A DNA stretch of 41,402 nt from a virus (taxonomy: Duplodnaviria; Caudoviricetes): positions 1 through 41,402 of the IMG/VR virus record IMGVR_UViG_3300025036_000003; one strand, 5' to 3'. Both the position numbers and the translations under genes were made by a program. Below, in pieces: positions 18,317 to 28,515 of the stretch. The notes beneath the pieces were generated by a model. The model was not told the origin of the DNA. It did not search any database and worked only from the letters and a program-made list of their open reading frames with translations. The first letter of the stretch is position 1. Each line of letters starts with the position of its first letter.

Positions 18317-20716
18317 ATGAAAGCTAAAGAGACTTGTATATATAATGATTGCACATTATTTGATACTAATCATAATATGTTACAAGGGGATGGGCATACA
18401 CCTTGTGATGTAATGGTTATAGGAGAGTTTCCTCATGAAAAAGAAAATAAAGATAATGCTGTATTTGTCAGTATAGGAGGAGATTATTTATGTAGATTAT
18501 TATATGATGCAGGGATTAGTAGAAATCAATTATACATGACATATTTAGTCAAGTGTTTTCCAGCAAACTACTCTGTATTGAAACAGGATATTGATTATTG
18601 CATGAATTATTTAAAACAAGAAATAGAGGTAGTTAAACCACGATTAATATTGTTATTAGGAAATACAGTATTAAAGGAATTATTAGGATTGGAAGGTATC
18701 ACTAAGTATAGAGGTGGTATAATAGAAAAAGATGGCATTAAATATTTACCTACATTACATCCTGCAGCAGTTATGAAGGCTCCTGCATTGGCAAATTATT
18801 TAATAGCAGATACGCAAAAAGTATCTCAGATAATTAAGAATAATTTTTGTACACTTGAAAAGATTGATAAGCAATATTTGTTTATTAGTAATATTAAAGA
18901 TATTACTAAGCTGTTTACTAAATTAAAAGAAAGTAATATTTTATATTATGATATAGAAACAACAGGGCTTAATTGGATGACTGATAAAATGATAGGAATA
19001 GGTTTATCAGCAGATAATAAAAATTATTATTGGCTATCTTTAGTAAATACTACGATGGATGTTACTAATATAGGAAAGAATTGGATAGTTTGGGATATAT
19101 TAGTATATGATTTTATTTGTAGTTTATTGAAAGAATTATTCTCTTTACCTGAATTACAGTATGTAGCTCATAATGGGAAGTTTGATAATAAATTTATATC
19201 TATGTTAGGAATACATGTTGAGACAACATTTGATACTATGTTAATGCATCATCTATTGAATGAGGAAGTTTCTCATGGGCTGAAAGATTTAGCCAAAGAT
19301 GTAGAAATGAATGGATATGAAAATGAATTAAATGTGATATTAGAGAAAAATAAAAAGAATAAATTCTTTAACTATATGTGTATTGATGGAGCTATTTTAG
19401 GTAAATATTGTAATATGGATGTTGATTGTACATCAAGATTACATTATAATTATATTAAAGAATTAAATAAATATGAATATCTATTTAATGATATTGTAAT
19501 GCCATTATCAAATGTATTGATGTATATGGAATTGACTGGTGTATGTTTGAATCAGAATACACTAGTTCCTTTAGGAATAAAATTAGAACAAGATATAGTA
19601 ACTATGCAAGAAGAGATTTATTCATTAGTAGGAGAAAGATTTAATATTGGGTCTGGAGACCAGTTAGGAAATATATTAATACATAAGCTACATATTCCAA
19701 TAAGAGAAAAAACACCTACAGGGAAAATTAAGACAAATGAGGAAGTGCTATCGAAATATTCAGCTAATTCAGTAATAAATAAAGTATTAACATTAAAAAA
19801 AATACAAAAGATAAAAAATACTTATGTTGATGGAATGCTTAAATTGTTATATCCAGATGGAAGATTACATACTAATTATAGTATAGCTTCAGATGGAAAT
19901 AGAGAGGAGGCAAGAGGTACGGTTACTGGTAGAATATCATCTGGAAAACCTAATTTGCAGAATATACCGAGAGCAGATAAATTATATGGTAAAGACATAA
20001 GAAATGCTTTTATACCTGCGGAAGGATGTGTATTTATTGATATAGATTTTTCACAAATGGAATTGCGAGTTATGGCACATTATAGTAAGGATGAAAATTT
20101 ATGTTCTGTTTATTTAGAAGGTAAAGATTTGCATAAACAAACAGCAGCGGGTATATTTAGAAAAGATGTTAGTTTAGTTACTAAAGAAGAAAGACAAATA
20201 GGAAAGGGAGTTAATTTTGCTATTGTGTATGGGGAATATAATGAGTATACTAATTTATGGTATAAAACATATCCTAGAGTAAAACAGTTTCAAAATGATA
20301 TTATAAAAGATGCAAGAAAGAATGGACAAGTGGTTTCAATGTTTGGTAGAGTTAGAAGGTTGCCTGCTATAAATCATTATGATAGTTCTATAAGAGCACA
20401 TGCTGAGAGACAAGCTATAAATTCTCTAGTACAAGGCACAGCAGCAGATTTACATGCTTTAGCCACTATTAGAGTATTTAATATGTTGTGTAAAGATTAT
20501 GTAGACTTAAGACAATTAGATTATAGTAATTTATTATCATGGGTGTCAAAAGTTCCTAAGATAGTATTAACTGTTCATGATAATTTAGTATTAGAAGTGC
20601 CTATAGAATTAGCAGATGAAATATATGCAAAAGTAGTTAAAGAAATGATTATAGGAGTAGAGGACTTTAGAGTACCTTTAGAAGTAGAAGGTAAAATAAT
20701 AAGTTGTTGGGAATAA
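18317..20716 (+). CDS. polA: Family A DNA polymerase with N-terminal family-4 UDG-like domain and 3'-5' exonuclease
   Basis: UDG: VIGEFP, VKCFP, HPAA. Exo: DIETTG, HNGKFD, YCNMD. Pol: TGRISSGKPNLQNIP, DFSQMELR, RQIGKGVNFAIVYG, VHD. Confidence 0.95.
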   Translation: MKAKETCIYNDCTLFDTNHNMLQGDGHTPCDVMVIGEFPHEKENKDNAVFVSIGGDYLCRLLYDAGISRNQLYMTYLVKCFPANYSVLKQDIDYCMNYLKQEIEVVKPRLILLLGNTVLKELLGLEGITKYRGGIIEKDGIKYLPTLHPAAVMKAPALANYLIADTQKVSQIIKNNFCTLEKIDKQYLFISNIKDITKLFTKLKESNILYYDIETTGLNWMTDKMIGIGLSADNKNYYWLSLVNTTMDVTNIGKNWIVWDILVYDFICSLLKELFSLPELQYVAHNGKFDNKFISMLGIHVETTFDTMLMHHLLNEEVSHGLKDLAKDVEMNGYENELNVILEKNKKNKFFNYMCIDGAILGKYCNMDVDCTSRLHYNYIKELNKYEYLFNDIVMPLSNVLMYMELTGVCLNQNTLVPLGIKLEQDIVTMQEEIYSLVGERFNIGSGDQLGNILIHKLHIPIREKTPTGKIKTNEEVLSKYSANSVINKVLTLKKIQKIKNTYVDGMLKLLYPDGRLHTNYSIASDGNREEARGTVTGRISSGKPNLQNIPRADKLYGKDIRNAFIPAEGCVFIDIDFSQMELRVMAHYSKDENLCSVYLEGKDLHKQTAAGIFRKDVSLVTKEERQIGKGVNFAIVYGEYNEYTNLWYKTYPRVKQFQNDIIKDARKNGQVVSMFGRVRRLPAINHYDSSIRAHAERQAINSLVQGTAADLHALATIRVFNMLCKDYVDLRQLDYSNLLSWVSKVPKIVLTVHDNLVLEVPIELADEIYAKVVKEMIIGVEDFRVPLEVEGKIISCWE

Positions 20717-20846
20717 TTAATTTAATTGTAATAATTGAGTTGTTTATATATTTTATATACTAATTATAGAATATAGAAGGTTTTTGAGTATGTTTTATTG
20801 GTTGAATAAGAGATTATTTATTATTATTTGAGGAGGGTGTATATAA

Positions 20847-21113
20847 ATGAAGTTAGTTGTTACAAAGACAATAGATTTACATCATGGTGCTTATTTAGTG
20901 TCTGTTAGCGCAATAAAAGAAGAATTAGATACTATAAGTAATTTATATTTATTGCCAGTTGGTTTACAAGGTTTCGCAAGGGATAGTTTTCATAGTGCTA
21001 GAAAAGCAAATAAATGGGCTGCTTTCGTAGTAAGAAAGGCACAACAGAAGTATAAAAAGATATTAAGTAGATTAAATAGTGGGTATATAAAAGAAGAAGA
21101 AATAAAATTATAA
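20847..21113 (+). CDS. Hypothetical protein
   Basis: 88-aa ORF with GGAGG RBS. Confidence 0.65.
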   Translation: MKLVVTKTIDLHHGAYLVSVSAIKEELDTISNLYLLPVGLQGFARDSFHSARKANKWAAFVVRKAQQKYKKILSRLNSGYIKEEEIKL

Positions 21114-21117
21114 GGGG

Positions 21118-21633
21118 GTGTATAGTATGTTTAAAGTAGATAATGCGTTATTAGAAATTGATGTTAATTTATTAGGTAGAATTCAGCATTATAATATAGT
21201 TGATGAATTAGAAGAATTTTTTACAGGGGATGAAGAATTAGAAATGGCTATGTTAACACAACCGTCGAAATATGTTTATTGTGGAGTATTGCTTTCAGAT
21301 AGGAGAAAGAAGTATGAAACAGTTAAACAGCAGTTTGCTGTATGGGAAGCTGAGGTATACAAAAAAGCATCTGTTGATATTTTAAGTGGAGGTAAGCGGG
21401 TTACTGAAGCTGCAATAGAAGCAGAAATAAAAATTGTTTACACAGATATGCTTAATGATTGGAAAGAGCAATTAAGAATATTAGAGTATGAAGTTAAGAT
21501 TTTAGAGATAGGGGTAAGAGCATTTGAAATGAGAGCAAGTTTATTACAATCGTTATCAGCAATGAAGAGGCAGGAAAGAGATTATAGTGAAGGGACAAAA
21601 TTTAGAAAATATGTAGAAGGGAGTATGTTATAA
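21118..21633 (+). CDS. UvsY-like recombination mediator (coiled coil)
   Basis: Helical protein with VTEAAIEAEI...AFEMRASLLQSL; RecA/SSB context. Start may be ATG 21127. Confidence 0.55.
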   Translation: MYSMFKVDNALLEIDVNLLGRIQHYNIVDELEEFFTGDEELEMAMLTQPSKYVYCGVLLSDRRKKYETVKQQFAVWEAEVYKKASVDILSGGKRVTEAAIEAEIKIVYTDMLNDWKEQLRILEYEVKILEIGVRAFEMRASLLQSLSAMKRQERDYSEGTKFRKYVEGSML

Positions 21634-21669
21634 TAAGATTATAAATATTAATTATAGGAGGTAGGTAGA

Positions 21670-21921
21670 ATGGAGTTAGGACAATTAGTTAAAGATAAAG
21701 TTACAGGCTTTGAAGGTATTGCTGTTGGAATTACAACATATTTATATGGGTGTAATTCGGTAGGGATATCTCCGAAATACAAAAAAGGTTGTCCAGTATT
21801 GGATACTTGTTGGTTTGATATTGGGAGAATTGTCGTTATGGGGAAAGGGATACTTCCTGAAGAAGTACAATCAATTTTACCAGGAGGTCGTAATCGTGAT
21901 TGCATTGGAAAACAATTATGA
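21670..21921 (+). CDS. Conserved phage hypothetical protein
   Basis: LGQLVKDKVTGFEGIA.G...YLYGC...WFD pattern; GGAGG RBS. Confidence 0.7.
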   Translation: MELGQLVKDKVTGFEGIAVGITTYLYGCNSVGISPKYKKGCPVLDTCWFDIGRIVVMGKGILPEEVQSILPGGRNRDCIGKQL

Positions 21922-21954
21922 TTATATTTTTATTATAAGAAAGGAGTTGAATAG

Positions 21955-22437
21955 ATGAATCAGAGAACAGCAGTAATAGTTGATGTGCAAAATGTATATT
22001 ATGCAGTGAAGAGATATGGAGAAAAGAATAATCAGATATGTTATCCTAATTTTACTACTTTTTTAGAATTATCAAAGGGAGATATAGTATATGCTGCTGC
22101 TTATGGAATAGAATTACCACAAGTACAACAAGGAATTTTTTTAAATATCTTGAAAAATCAGGGGTACATCATAAAGAATAAAAAGACTAATGGAGAAAAG
22201 GGTAATTTAGATGTAGAAATAACTATTGGAGTTATGTGTTTATTAGATAGGATAGATAGATTATTATTAGTATCAGGAGATGGGGATTTTTTAGAATTGA
22301 TAAAATATATGCAAGCGAATAGCATTATTGTAGATGTGTGTAGTTTTGAGGGAACTATGTCAAAAGATTTAGAGGAAATAGCTGATAATGCATATATACT
22401 ACCTTATGATGATAGCACATTAATATATAAGAGTTAA
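21955..22437 (+). CDS. NYN/LabA (DUF88) PIN-fold protein
   Basis: VIVDVQN, KGNLDVEI, LVSGDGDF, SKDLEEIAD. Confidence 0.88.
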   Translation: MNQRTAVIVDVQNVYYAVKRYGEKNNQICYPNFTTFLELSKGDIVYAAAYGIELPQVQQGIFLNILKNQGYIIKNKKTNGEKGNLDVEITIGVMCLLDRIDRLLLVSGDGDFLELIKYMQANSIIVDVCSFEGTMSKDLEEIADNAYILPYDDSTLIYKS

Positions 22438-22454
22438 AGAGTGAAGATGATGTT

Positions 22455-22721
22455 ATGTATATTGAAAATGGGGAACATTATTGGACAACAAAAGATGGAA
22501 ATCATGTAAAATATAAGGATATAGAAAACAGTCATTTGTTATATATTCTTAAATGGATTGAAAGAAAGGCAGAGATTGGAATAACTGTTAAGAGTGGAGG
22601 TGGATATGATGATTTAGATATGTGGTATGATGAGTATGAGATTAAGGATTATGAGGTTTTTGAGTATTATGATTATATGGGATTAATGAAAGAATTTAGA
22701 GGAAGAAGCCATTCTAATTAA
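22455..22721 (+). CDS. Hypothetical phage protein
   Basis: WTTKDG...DIENSHLLYI pattern; 88 aa. Confidence 0.65.
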   Translation: MYIENGEHYWTTKDGNHVKYKDIENSHLLYILKWIERKAEIGITVKSGGGYDDLDMWYDEYEIKDYEVFEYYDYMGLMKEFRGRSHSN

Positions 22722-22738
22722 AAGGAGGTGATTATATT

Positions 22739-23161
22739 ATGTATTATGAGTGTTTAGGTAGTTTTGATTCAGCTCATTTTTTGAAAGGTTATGAAGGTAA
22801 TTGTAGAAATTTGCATGGTCATACATGGGAGGTGGAGGTAAGATGGAAAGGTAAAGATTTGATTTTAGGTTCTTTAGGCATAGGAATAGATATGAAAGTA
22901 TTGAAACTATGTGTAGATGAAGTATTAGAAAGATTTGACCATACACAATTGAATGTATTAGAGGAATTTAATTTTATCAATCCTACTGCTGAAAATTTGT
23001 CTGTTATATTGTGGCAGAGGATTAATAGAGTTATGAGAAGCAAAGGATATGATAATATTATAGAATTGAATTTGCTTACAATATGGGAGACAAGAAAATG
23101 TTCAGTTGAGTTAGATGTAGAAGGGTATGAAAAATATAAAAATTTGATAGGAGGAAAGTAA
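22739..23161 (+). CDS. queD: 6-carboxytetrahydropterin synthase
   Basis: FDSAHFL, CRNLHGHTW, FDH..LN, PTAENL, IWET. Confidence 0.95.
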   Translation: MYYECLGSFDSAHFLKGYEGNCRNLHGHTWEVEVRWKGKDLILGSLGIGIDMKVLKLCVDEVLERFDHTQLNVLEEFNFINPTAENLSVILWQRINRVMRSKGYDNIIELNLLTIWETRKCSVELDVEGYEKYKNLIGGK

Positions 23162-23163
23162 AA

Positions 23164-24054
23164 ATGGCTATACCGATGGTGTTGAGTTTGGAACAAGAGC
23201 AAGAAAGACTGCTGAATAAACAAGAGTTTGTTAAAAGTAATTTTTGGATTTCAATAAAGAAAGGGGAAGCTCCTGTTGGGGAGACATTGAGAGTATTTTT
23301 GTTGAATTCAGAAGGAGATGGTTTACCGTGGAAGAGTGGTGTAGATAATTATATAAGACATACTTATGAGGGCTTTGAGGGTACACAAAGAATATTTAAA
23401 AATATTCTTTGTGGAACGCCATGGGGGGTTGAATGTCCAGTATGTGATTTGATGAAAGAGTTACAGAAATCTTCTTTAACTGCTTTAAGAGTGGATAAGA
23501 TGAAAGCTAAAGAAGATATTATGGCGTTAGTGCTTGATATGGATGAGGTTGAGGGTCATGTTCCTGTTAATATTAATAATGATGGAGAAGAGGAATGGGT
23601 ACATGCAATTACATTGAAACAGAGCATTATTAAAGGAGACGCAAAAAGAGGTACTGAAGGGATGCTGCAATTGTTAATACAAGACCCGAATATTTGTTCT
23701 TATACAGAAGGAGAAATATTTTGTATTATAGGTAGATACCCTGCTGGAAGTGTAGAAACTTTAGTAGCAAGAAAATTTCAGACTTCCTATACAGTATCTT
23801 TGGAGTCTGTAGTGGAGCAGAAAGGTAGAACAAAAACATCAACCATTAGGGTAGTTAATTTGGAAGAATTACAACCTGGATTGATAGATAAGATAGAAAA
23901 AAAATTAGCCGGCAATGAGTTGATTAACAAGTTAATAAGTCCTTTTTATTCAGCTAAAGAAATATGGGGATTTTTATCTTCTAGCGACCGCTCTTTGCTT
24001 GACCATATTGATTATTCTATGGAAAGACCAAGCAGTTTAAAAATAATAAAATAG
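23164..24054 (+). CDS. Putative ssDNA-binding protein (gp32-like)
   Basis: H...C.....ECPVCD zinc motif; size and position immediately before recA. Confidence 0.55.
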   Translation: MAIPMVLSLEQEQERLLNKQEFVKSNFWISIKKGEAPVGETLRVFLLNSEGDGLPWKSGVDNYIRHTYEGFEGTQRIFKNILCGTPWGVECPVCDLMKELQKSSLTALRVDKMKAKEDIMALVLDMDEVEGHVPVNINNDGEEEWVHAITLKQSIIKGDAKRGTEGMLQLLIQDPNICSYTEGEIFCIIGRYPAGSVETLVARKFQTSYTVSLESVVEQKGRTKTSTIRVVNLEELQPGLIDKIEKKLAGNELINKLISPFYSAKEIWGFLSSSDRSLLDHIDYSMERPSSLKIIK

Positions 24055-24064
24055 AGGAATAAAA

Positions 24065-24108
24065 TTAATCATAATGGAGTATTATTTATATTATTCCATT
24101 ATGATTAA
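24065..24108. terminator. Hairpin with 14 perfect bp, extendable by G-U pairs
   Basis: ttaatcataatgga / tccattatgattaa between the SSB-like gene and recA. Confidence 0.5.
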
Positions 24109-24165
24109 AAAGAGAGTAAATATGATGAGTATTTATAGATTAATTGTATATAAGAGGTCAAAATA

Positions 24166-25308
24166 ATGAAAATAATAAAAAGTAAAATATCAAAAGATGT
24201 TATTAAAGATGTTATTAAAGATACTACTAAAGATGTTACTAAAGATGTTATAAAAGAATCCGTTTGTATAAGTAAATATGAAGATTATCAAAAAAGAGGA
24301 TTAGTGTTTCCTACGGGATTGCATGAATTTGATTGGAGAATTACTGGTATTGGTGGATTTCCTGGCAAGAGAATATCATGTGTAGCAGGGGCATGGAGTG
24401 CAGGTAAGACATCATTAGCATTAGCAGCAGTTAAAAAGTGTCTTGACAGAGGAGGAATAGCTATATTTGTTGATGCGGAAGCCGTAATTGATGATTTTAC
24501 TATAGAATATATAGATGGTTTTGGATTTATTAAAGATAGCTTAAAAATAGTTAGTGATGAGGATATATCTGTTACAGGTAAAAAAGTATCTTTTAGTATA
24601 GAACAATCAATTATGTATGTGTTAAAGCCTTATTGTATAGAAGAGGCATTTGATAAGTGTGAGCTATTAATAAAAACTATAAGAGAAATTTATGCAGATA
24701 TACCTATTATAATGGTGTATGACTCAATGGTGGGTTTACCAGCAAGACAAGAATGTACTAAAGATTATATTGATACTACACAGAGAGCATTGGTTGCAGC
24801 AGCATACTCTACATGTTTTAGAAGGTATACAGCATTTGGGGCTAAGTATAATGTATGTAGTATATTTACTAATCAGTTAAGGGATGACCCTTCTGGATTT
24901 TCTATGGGGGATACACAATATATGCCAGGGGGTAAGGCTATTGAATTTTATTGTTCTTTACTTGTTAGATTGAATAAAGTGATGGACGATAAAAAAGGTA
25001 AAATTTTAGAAGCTGATAGTAGAATAAAAACAAGCATAATGTTGAAAAAGACAAAGATAAAACCAGTGCCTATAGGTACTAAGATATTTTGTTTTTATAC
25101 GGTAGGAAAGGGATTTGATTTTGTAATGGACTTGATTACATATCTTATTAAAATAGAAAAAATAATAGTTCGAGGGGGATGGTTTACTATAGAAGGTAAA
25201 GAACAGAATATACAAGGGTATGATAATCTAGTAAAATACTGTATAGAAGAAGATAATTATAATGAGCTACAGCAAATAGTAGTTAAACATATAGAGGAAT
25301 ACAATTAA
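24166..25308 (+). CDS. recA: RecA/UvsX-like recombinase
   Basis: GGFPGKR, GAWSAGKT, FVDAE, VYDS, FTNQLR, PGGKAIEFY. Confidence 0.92.
   Translation: MKIIKSKISKDVIKDVIKDTTKDVTKDVIKESVCISKYEDYQKRGLVFPTGLHEFDWRITGIGGFPGKRISCVAGAWSAGKTSLALAAVKKCLDRGGIAIFVDAEAVIDDFTIEYIDGFGFIKDSLKIVSDEDISVTGKKVSFSIEQSIMYVLKPYCIEEAFDKCELLIKTIREIYADIPIIMVYDSMVGLPARQECTKDYIDTTQRALVAAAYSTCFRRYTAFGAKYNVCSIFTNQLRDDPSGFSMGDTQYMPGGKAIEFYCSLLVRLNKVMDDKKGKILEADSRIKTSIMLKKTKIKPVPIGTKIFCFYTVGKGFDFVMDLITYLIKIEKIIVRGGWFTIEGKEQNIQGYDNLVKYCIEEDNYNELQQIVVKHIEEYN
24193..24252 (+). repeat. Five degenerate 12-bp tandem repeats (KDVI/KDTT/KDVT)
   Basis: aaagat(gtt/act)(att/act/ata) x5 at the RecA N-terminus. Confidence 0.85.
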
Positions 25309-25316
25309 GGAGGTGC

Positions 25317-25556
25317 ATGATTTTGAATTTATTTGTTAAATTGAGTAAAATATATCATAGATTTAAGGCGAAGTGTAATTATATTTTTTTAGAGCAATTA
25401 TGTATTAATAATATTGTAAGAGACTCAATTATTTTAAGATTTGTTACAATAGAAAAAAAGAAGTTTGGTCGTGAAGAATTATTTGTTAATAGTAAAGATT
25501 CGTTAAAGAAAATAATTAAAAATTATTTAGATAAATTAAGAAGTTTAGAGGTATAA
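25317..25556 (+). CDS. Hypothetical protein
   Basis: 79 aa with AAGGAGGT RBS. Confidence 0.6.
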   Translation: MILNLFVKLSKIYHRFKAKCNYIFLEQLCINNIVRDSIILRFVTIEKKKFGREELFVNSKDSLKKIIKNYLDKLRSLEV

Positions 25557-25560
25557 ATAA

Positions 25561-26580
25561 TTGTCTAAAATAGCATTAATAGGAGACACACATTTTAGAG
25601 GGCTTATAAATGAAGATTTATATGAGAGAAAATTTCAATTATTTAAAGATGTGTGTAAATATTGTAAGGATAATAATGTTAATGAGGTTTATCATTTAGG
25701 AGATGTATTTGATAGGATTAATCCGCTTAGCTTTGAGTTAAAGATGTTATCTGAAGTATTTATTGCATATGATGTTAATATAAAGTTATTAATTGGTAAT
25801 CATGATTTAGGAAGAGATAAGAAAGAGCATAGTTTAGGGTGGTTGGAAGTATTACAAGATTATATGTTTTGTATAGAGATGTATACTAATTTTATTGATT
25901 TAGGAAAAATAGTATTAATTCCGTTTGCTGACTCAATAAGTATAGAGGATTATTTATTACAAATTAAGAATAAAGAAGATAAATATGTGATAGGGCATTT
26001 TGGTGTAACAGGAGTAAGAACTTATAATGATGTTGAGTTACATGAGGATTTGGTAAACATCGATTGTTTACAAGATTTTAGAAAGGTATTCTTGGGACAT
26101 GTGCATTATAGGCAATTATTGGCTAATGTGCAATTTATAGGTAGTTTATATCCTATAAATTTTGGAGAAACAGATAGTAAAGGTTTTACTATATTGGATA
26201 TAGATACAGGAGAAGAAGAGTTTATAATTTTAGATAGGTTTAGATATAAGCAATATAAATTTAATTTGAAGAATATGATAGATATTGATTCAATAGAGGT
26301 AGAGGAAGGAGATCTAGTTAAAATACAATTAGAAGGATACGAAAAAGAAATTAAATTGTTGAGTATAAGTGATATTAGACAATCGTTAATATCTAAAGGA
26401 GCTATTGATGTTAAGTTTCAAATACAGGTAGTTAAGAATAGAGAAATTCATAATAGTAATATGGTAATAGGCAAAAGTAATGCTAGTCTTTTATCACATT
26501 ATTTAGATAATATTAATGAGTTAGGAAATAAAGATTTGTTATATAATGAAGGTATACAGATTATGAAAGAGTGTAGGTGA
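25561..26580 (+). CDS. sbcD: SbcD/Mre11-like nuclease
   Basis: GDTH, LGDVFD, GNHD, IGH, LGHVH, GSL...FGE. Confidence 0.92.
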   Translation: MSKIALIGDTHFRGLINEDLYERKFQLFKDVCKYCKDNNVNEVYHLGDVFDRINPLSFELKMLSEVFIAYDVNIKLLIGNHDLGRDKKEHSLGWLEVLQDYMFCIEMYTNFIDLGKIVLIPFADSISIEDYLLQIKNKEDKYVIGHFGVTGVRTYNDVELHEDLVNIDCLQDFRKVFLGHVHYRQLLANVQFIGSLYPINFGETDSKGFTILDIDTGEEEFIILDRFRYKQYKFNLKNMIDIDSIEVEEGDLVKIQLEGYEKEIKLLSISDIRQSLISKGAIDVKFQIQVVKNREIHNSNMVIGKSNASLLSHYLDNINELGNKDLLYNEGIQIMKECR

Positions 26581-26590
26581 AAAATAATAG

Positions 26591-28513
26591 ATGTATAAAC
26601 TACGAAAAATTAGATTAAATAATTTTCAATGCTATAAAGAAAAAGAAGTATTTTTTGATTATGATAATTTTTTACTTGCAGGTAAGAATGGAAGTGGAAA
26701 AACAAGTTTACTTATAGATAGTATTTATTTTTGTTTGTTTGGTGGGGTTAGAACAGGAACAATAGATGAGATTATTTTGGAGGGTACAGATATAGCTGAA
26801 GTAACAGTGGATTTTATAAATAGAGAAAATGTTATATTCAGATGTACTAGAAAAAGAATAAGAGGAGAGAAGACTACTTTATGTATATATACTATTGATA
26901 ATAATATAGAACAAGATATTAGCTGTAGATTATTAGCACACACACAAGAAAAAATAGCATTATTGTTAGGGATAAGTAGAGAAACATTTTTAGCTACTGT
27001 AGTATACCAACAAGGTAGTAGCAATCGTTTTTGTTCGTGTACAAATACTGAAAGAAAAGAATTTTTATACAGAGTATTAGATTTAGGATTGTTTGATAAA
27101 TGTTTGGATAATGTAAGAAAAAAGATAAGAAAATGTGAGAATGAAAAAGCTGGTTATGTTTTATTATTAAAAGAGTTTGATAATAGAGATATTATTAATA
27201 TAGATGAGGAGGAGTTTGAAGAATTAAAAGTTATTATTGACTTTTATAATATTATTTTAAGTAGTAATAACATCATGAAAAAACAATTAGTCGTCATACA
27301 TGATAATTATATGAAAAAGAAAAGAGAATTAGAACAATTTATCAATGTAAATGAATTAGCATATGCATTGATAAATGCAGAAAGAGATAAAAAATATAGT
27401 GATATAGTTGAGTTACAGAATAGTATATCAAATAATATAGTTATAACCGATGATGATATTGAGAGTAGGGTAGAAGATTTATATTTGTTAATAGAAGATT
27501 CTAAAGAAAATAGAAATAAATGTCTTTATAATATAGAAAGTATTGGCAAGGAGAATAAAATTTTAGAAGGAGATATTGGAGGAGCTTGTCCTGTATGTAA
27601 AAAAGAATTAGAAGAAATAGATAAAAAGAATATAATAACTTCTAATAATAATAATATAAGAATATTAAAAGAAAATGTTATTGGCTATGAGAAATTAATA
27701 GTTGATGTTACTAATGACATTAATTATTATAATTCATATCTAAAAGATAAAGATATTGCTAATGATATACAGATTGGTGCAAATATTATCAATAATTTTG
27801 ATATAGAAAAAAGAAGTATATTGGATATAATAGAAGTTTATAAGGAAGATTTATATAATTTAAATATTTATTATGAAAGTATAAATAGCAAAAACGAAAA
27901 AATTCTTGAACAAGAAATTTTGTATAGTAAAGATAGAGAGCATAAAATAATAGATTTTAATAAGATAATTTTTAATAAAGAGCAACAGGAAAAAAATAAT
28001 GTTTTGATAGAAAAATATAAAAAGGAGGTAATAGATTTAGATATCATATTGAAAAGACTATATGTTTTGGAAAAGGCGTTTGGAGTTAATGGTATTAGGG
28101 TATATGTATTAGAAAATAATATTGATTATCTTGAGAGTAAGATTAATTATTACTTAAATGAATTCAGCTTTAGTTTTACTGTTAATTTTGTTTTTTGTAA
28201 TGAAGCATTAAAAGAGGTTTTAGAATTGACTTTTTTTAATGGGGAAACTAAGAGGTTATTTGATACTTTTTCAGCAGGTGAGAAAAGATTAATAGAATTA
28301 AGTGTTTTTTTAGGATTGCGGGATTTACAAGTCAATAATCAATTGGATATTATAATTTTTGATGAGATTTTTGATTCACTCGATGAGAATAATATAGATG
28401 TTGTATATGATAATGTATTAAAAAAATTAAATTTTCAATTATTATTAATATCTCATAATATGAATTTGATTGATAGATTTAAGAATAGTTTGATATTAGA
28501 AAAGGAGATTTAA
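26591..28513 (+). CDS. sbcC: SbcC/Rad50-like ATPase
   Basis: GKNGSGKT, Q-loop YQQG, zinc hook CPVC, signature FSAGE, IFDE, ISH. Confidence 0.93.
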   Translation: MYKLRKIRLNNFQCYKEKEVFFDYDNFLLAGKNGSGKTSLLIDSIYFCLFGGVRTGTIDEIILEGTDIAEVTVDFINRENVIFRCTRKRIRGEKTTLCIYTIDNNIEQDISCRLLAHTQEKIALLLGISRETFLATVVYQQGSSNRFCSCTNTERKEFLYRVLDLGLFDKCLDNVRKKIRKCENEKAGYVLLLKEFDNRDIINIDEEEFEELKVIIDFYNIILSSNNIMKKQLVVIHDNYMKKKRELEQFINVNELAYALINAERDKKYSDIVELQNSISNNIVITDDDIESRVEDLYLLIEDSKENRNKCLYNIESIGKENKILEGDIGGACPVCKKELEEIDKKNIITSNNNNIRILKENVIGYEKLIVDVTNDINYYNSYLKDKDIANDIQIGANIINNFDIEKRSILDIIEVYKEDLYNLNIYYESINSKNEKILEQEILYSKDREHKIIDFNKIIFNKEQQEKNNVLIEKYKKEVIDLDIILKRLYVLEKAFGVNGIRVYVLENNIDYLESKINYYLNEFSFSFTVNFVFCNEALKEVLELTFFNGETKRLFDTFSAGEKRLIELSVFLGLRDLQVNNQLDIIIFDEIFDSLDENNIDVVYDNVLKKLNFQLLLISHNMNLIDRFKNSLILEKEI

Positions 28514-28515
28514 AA

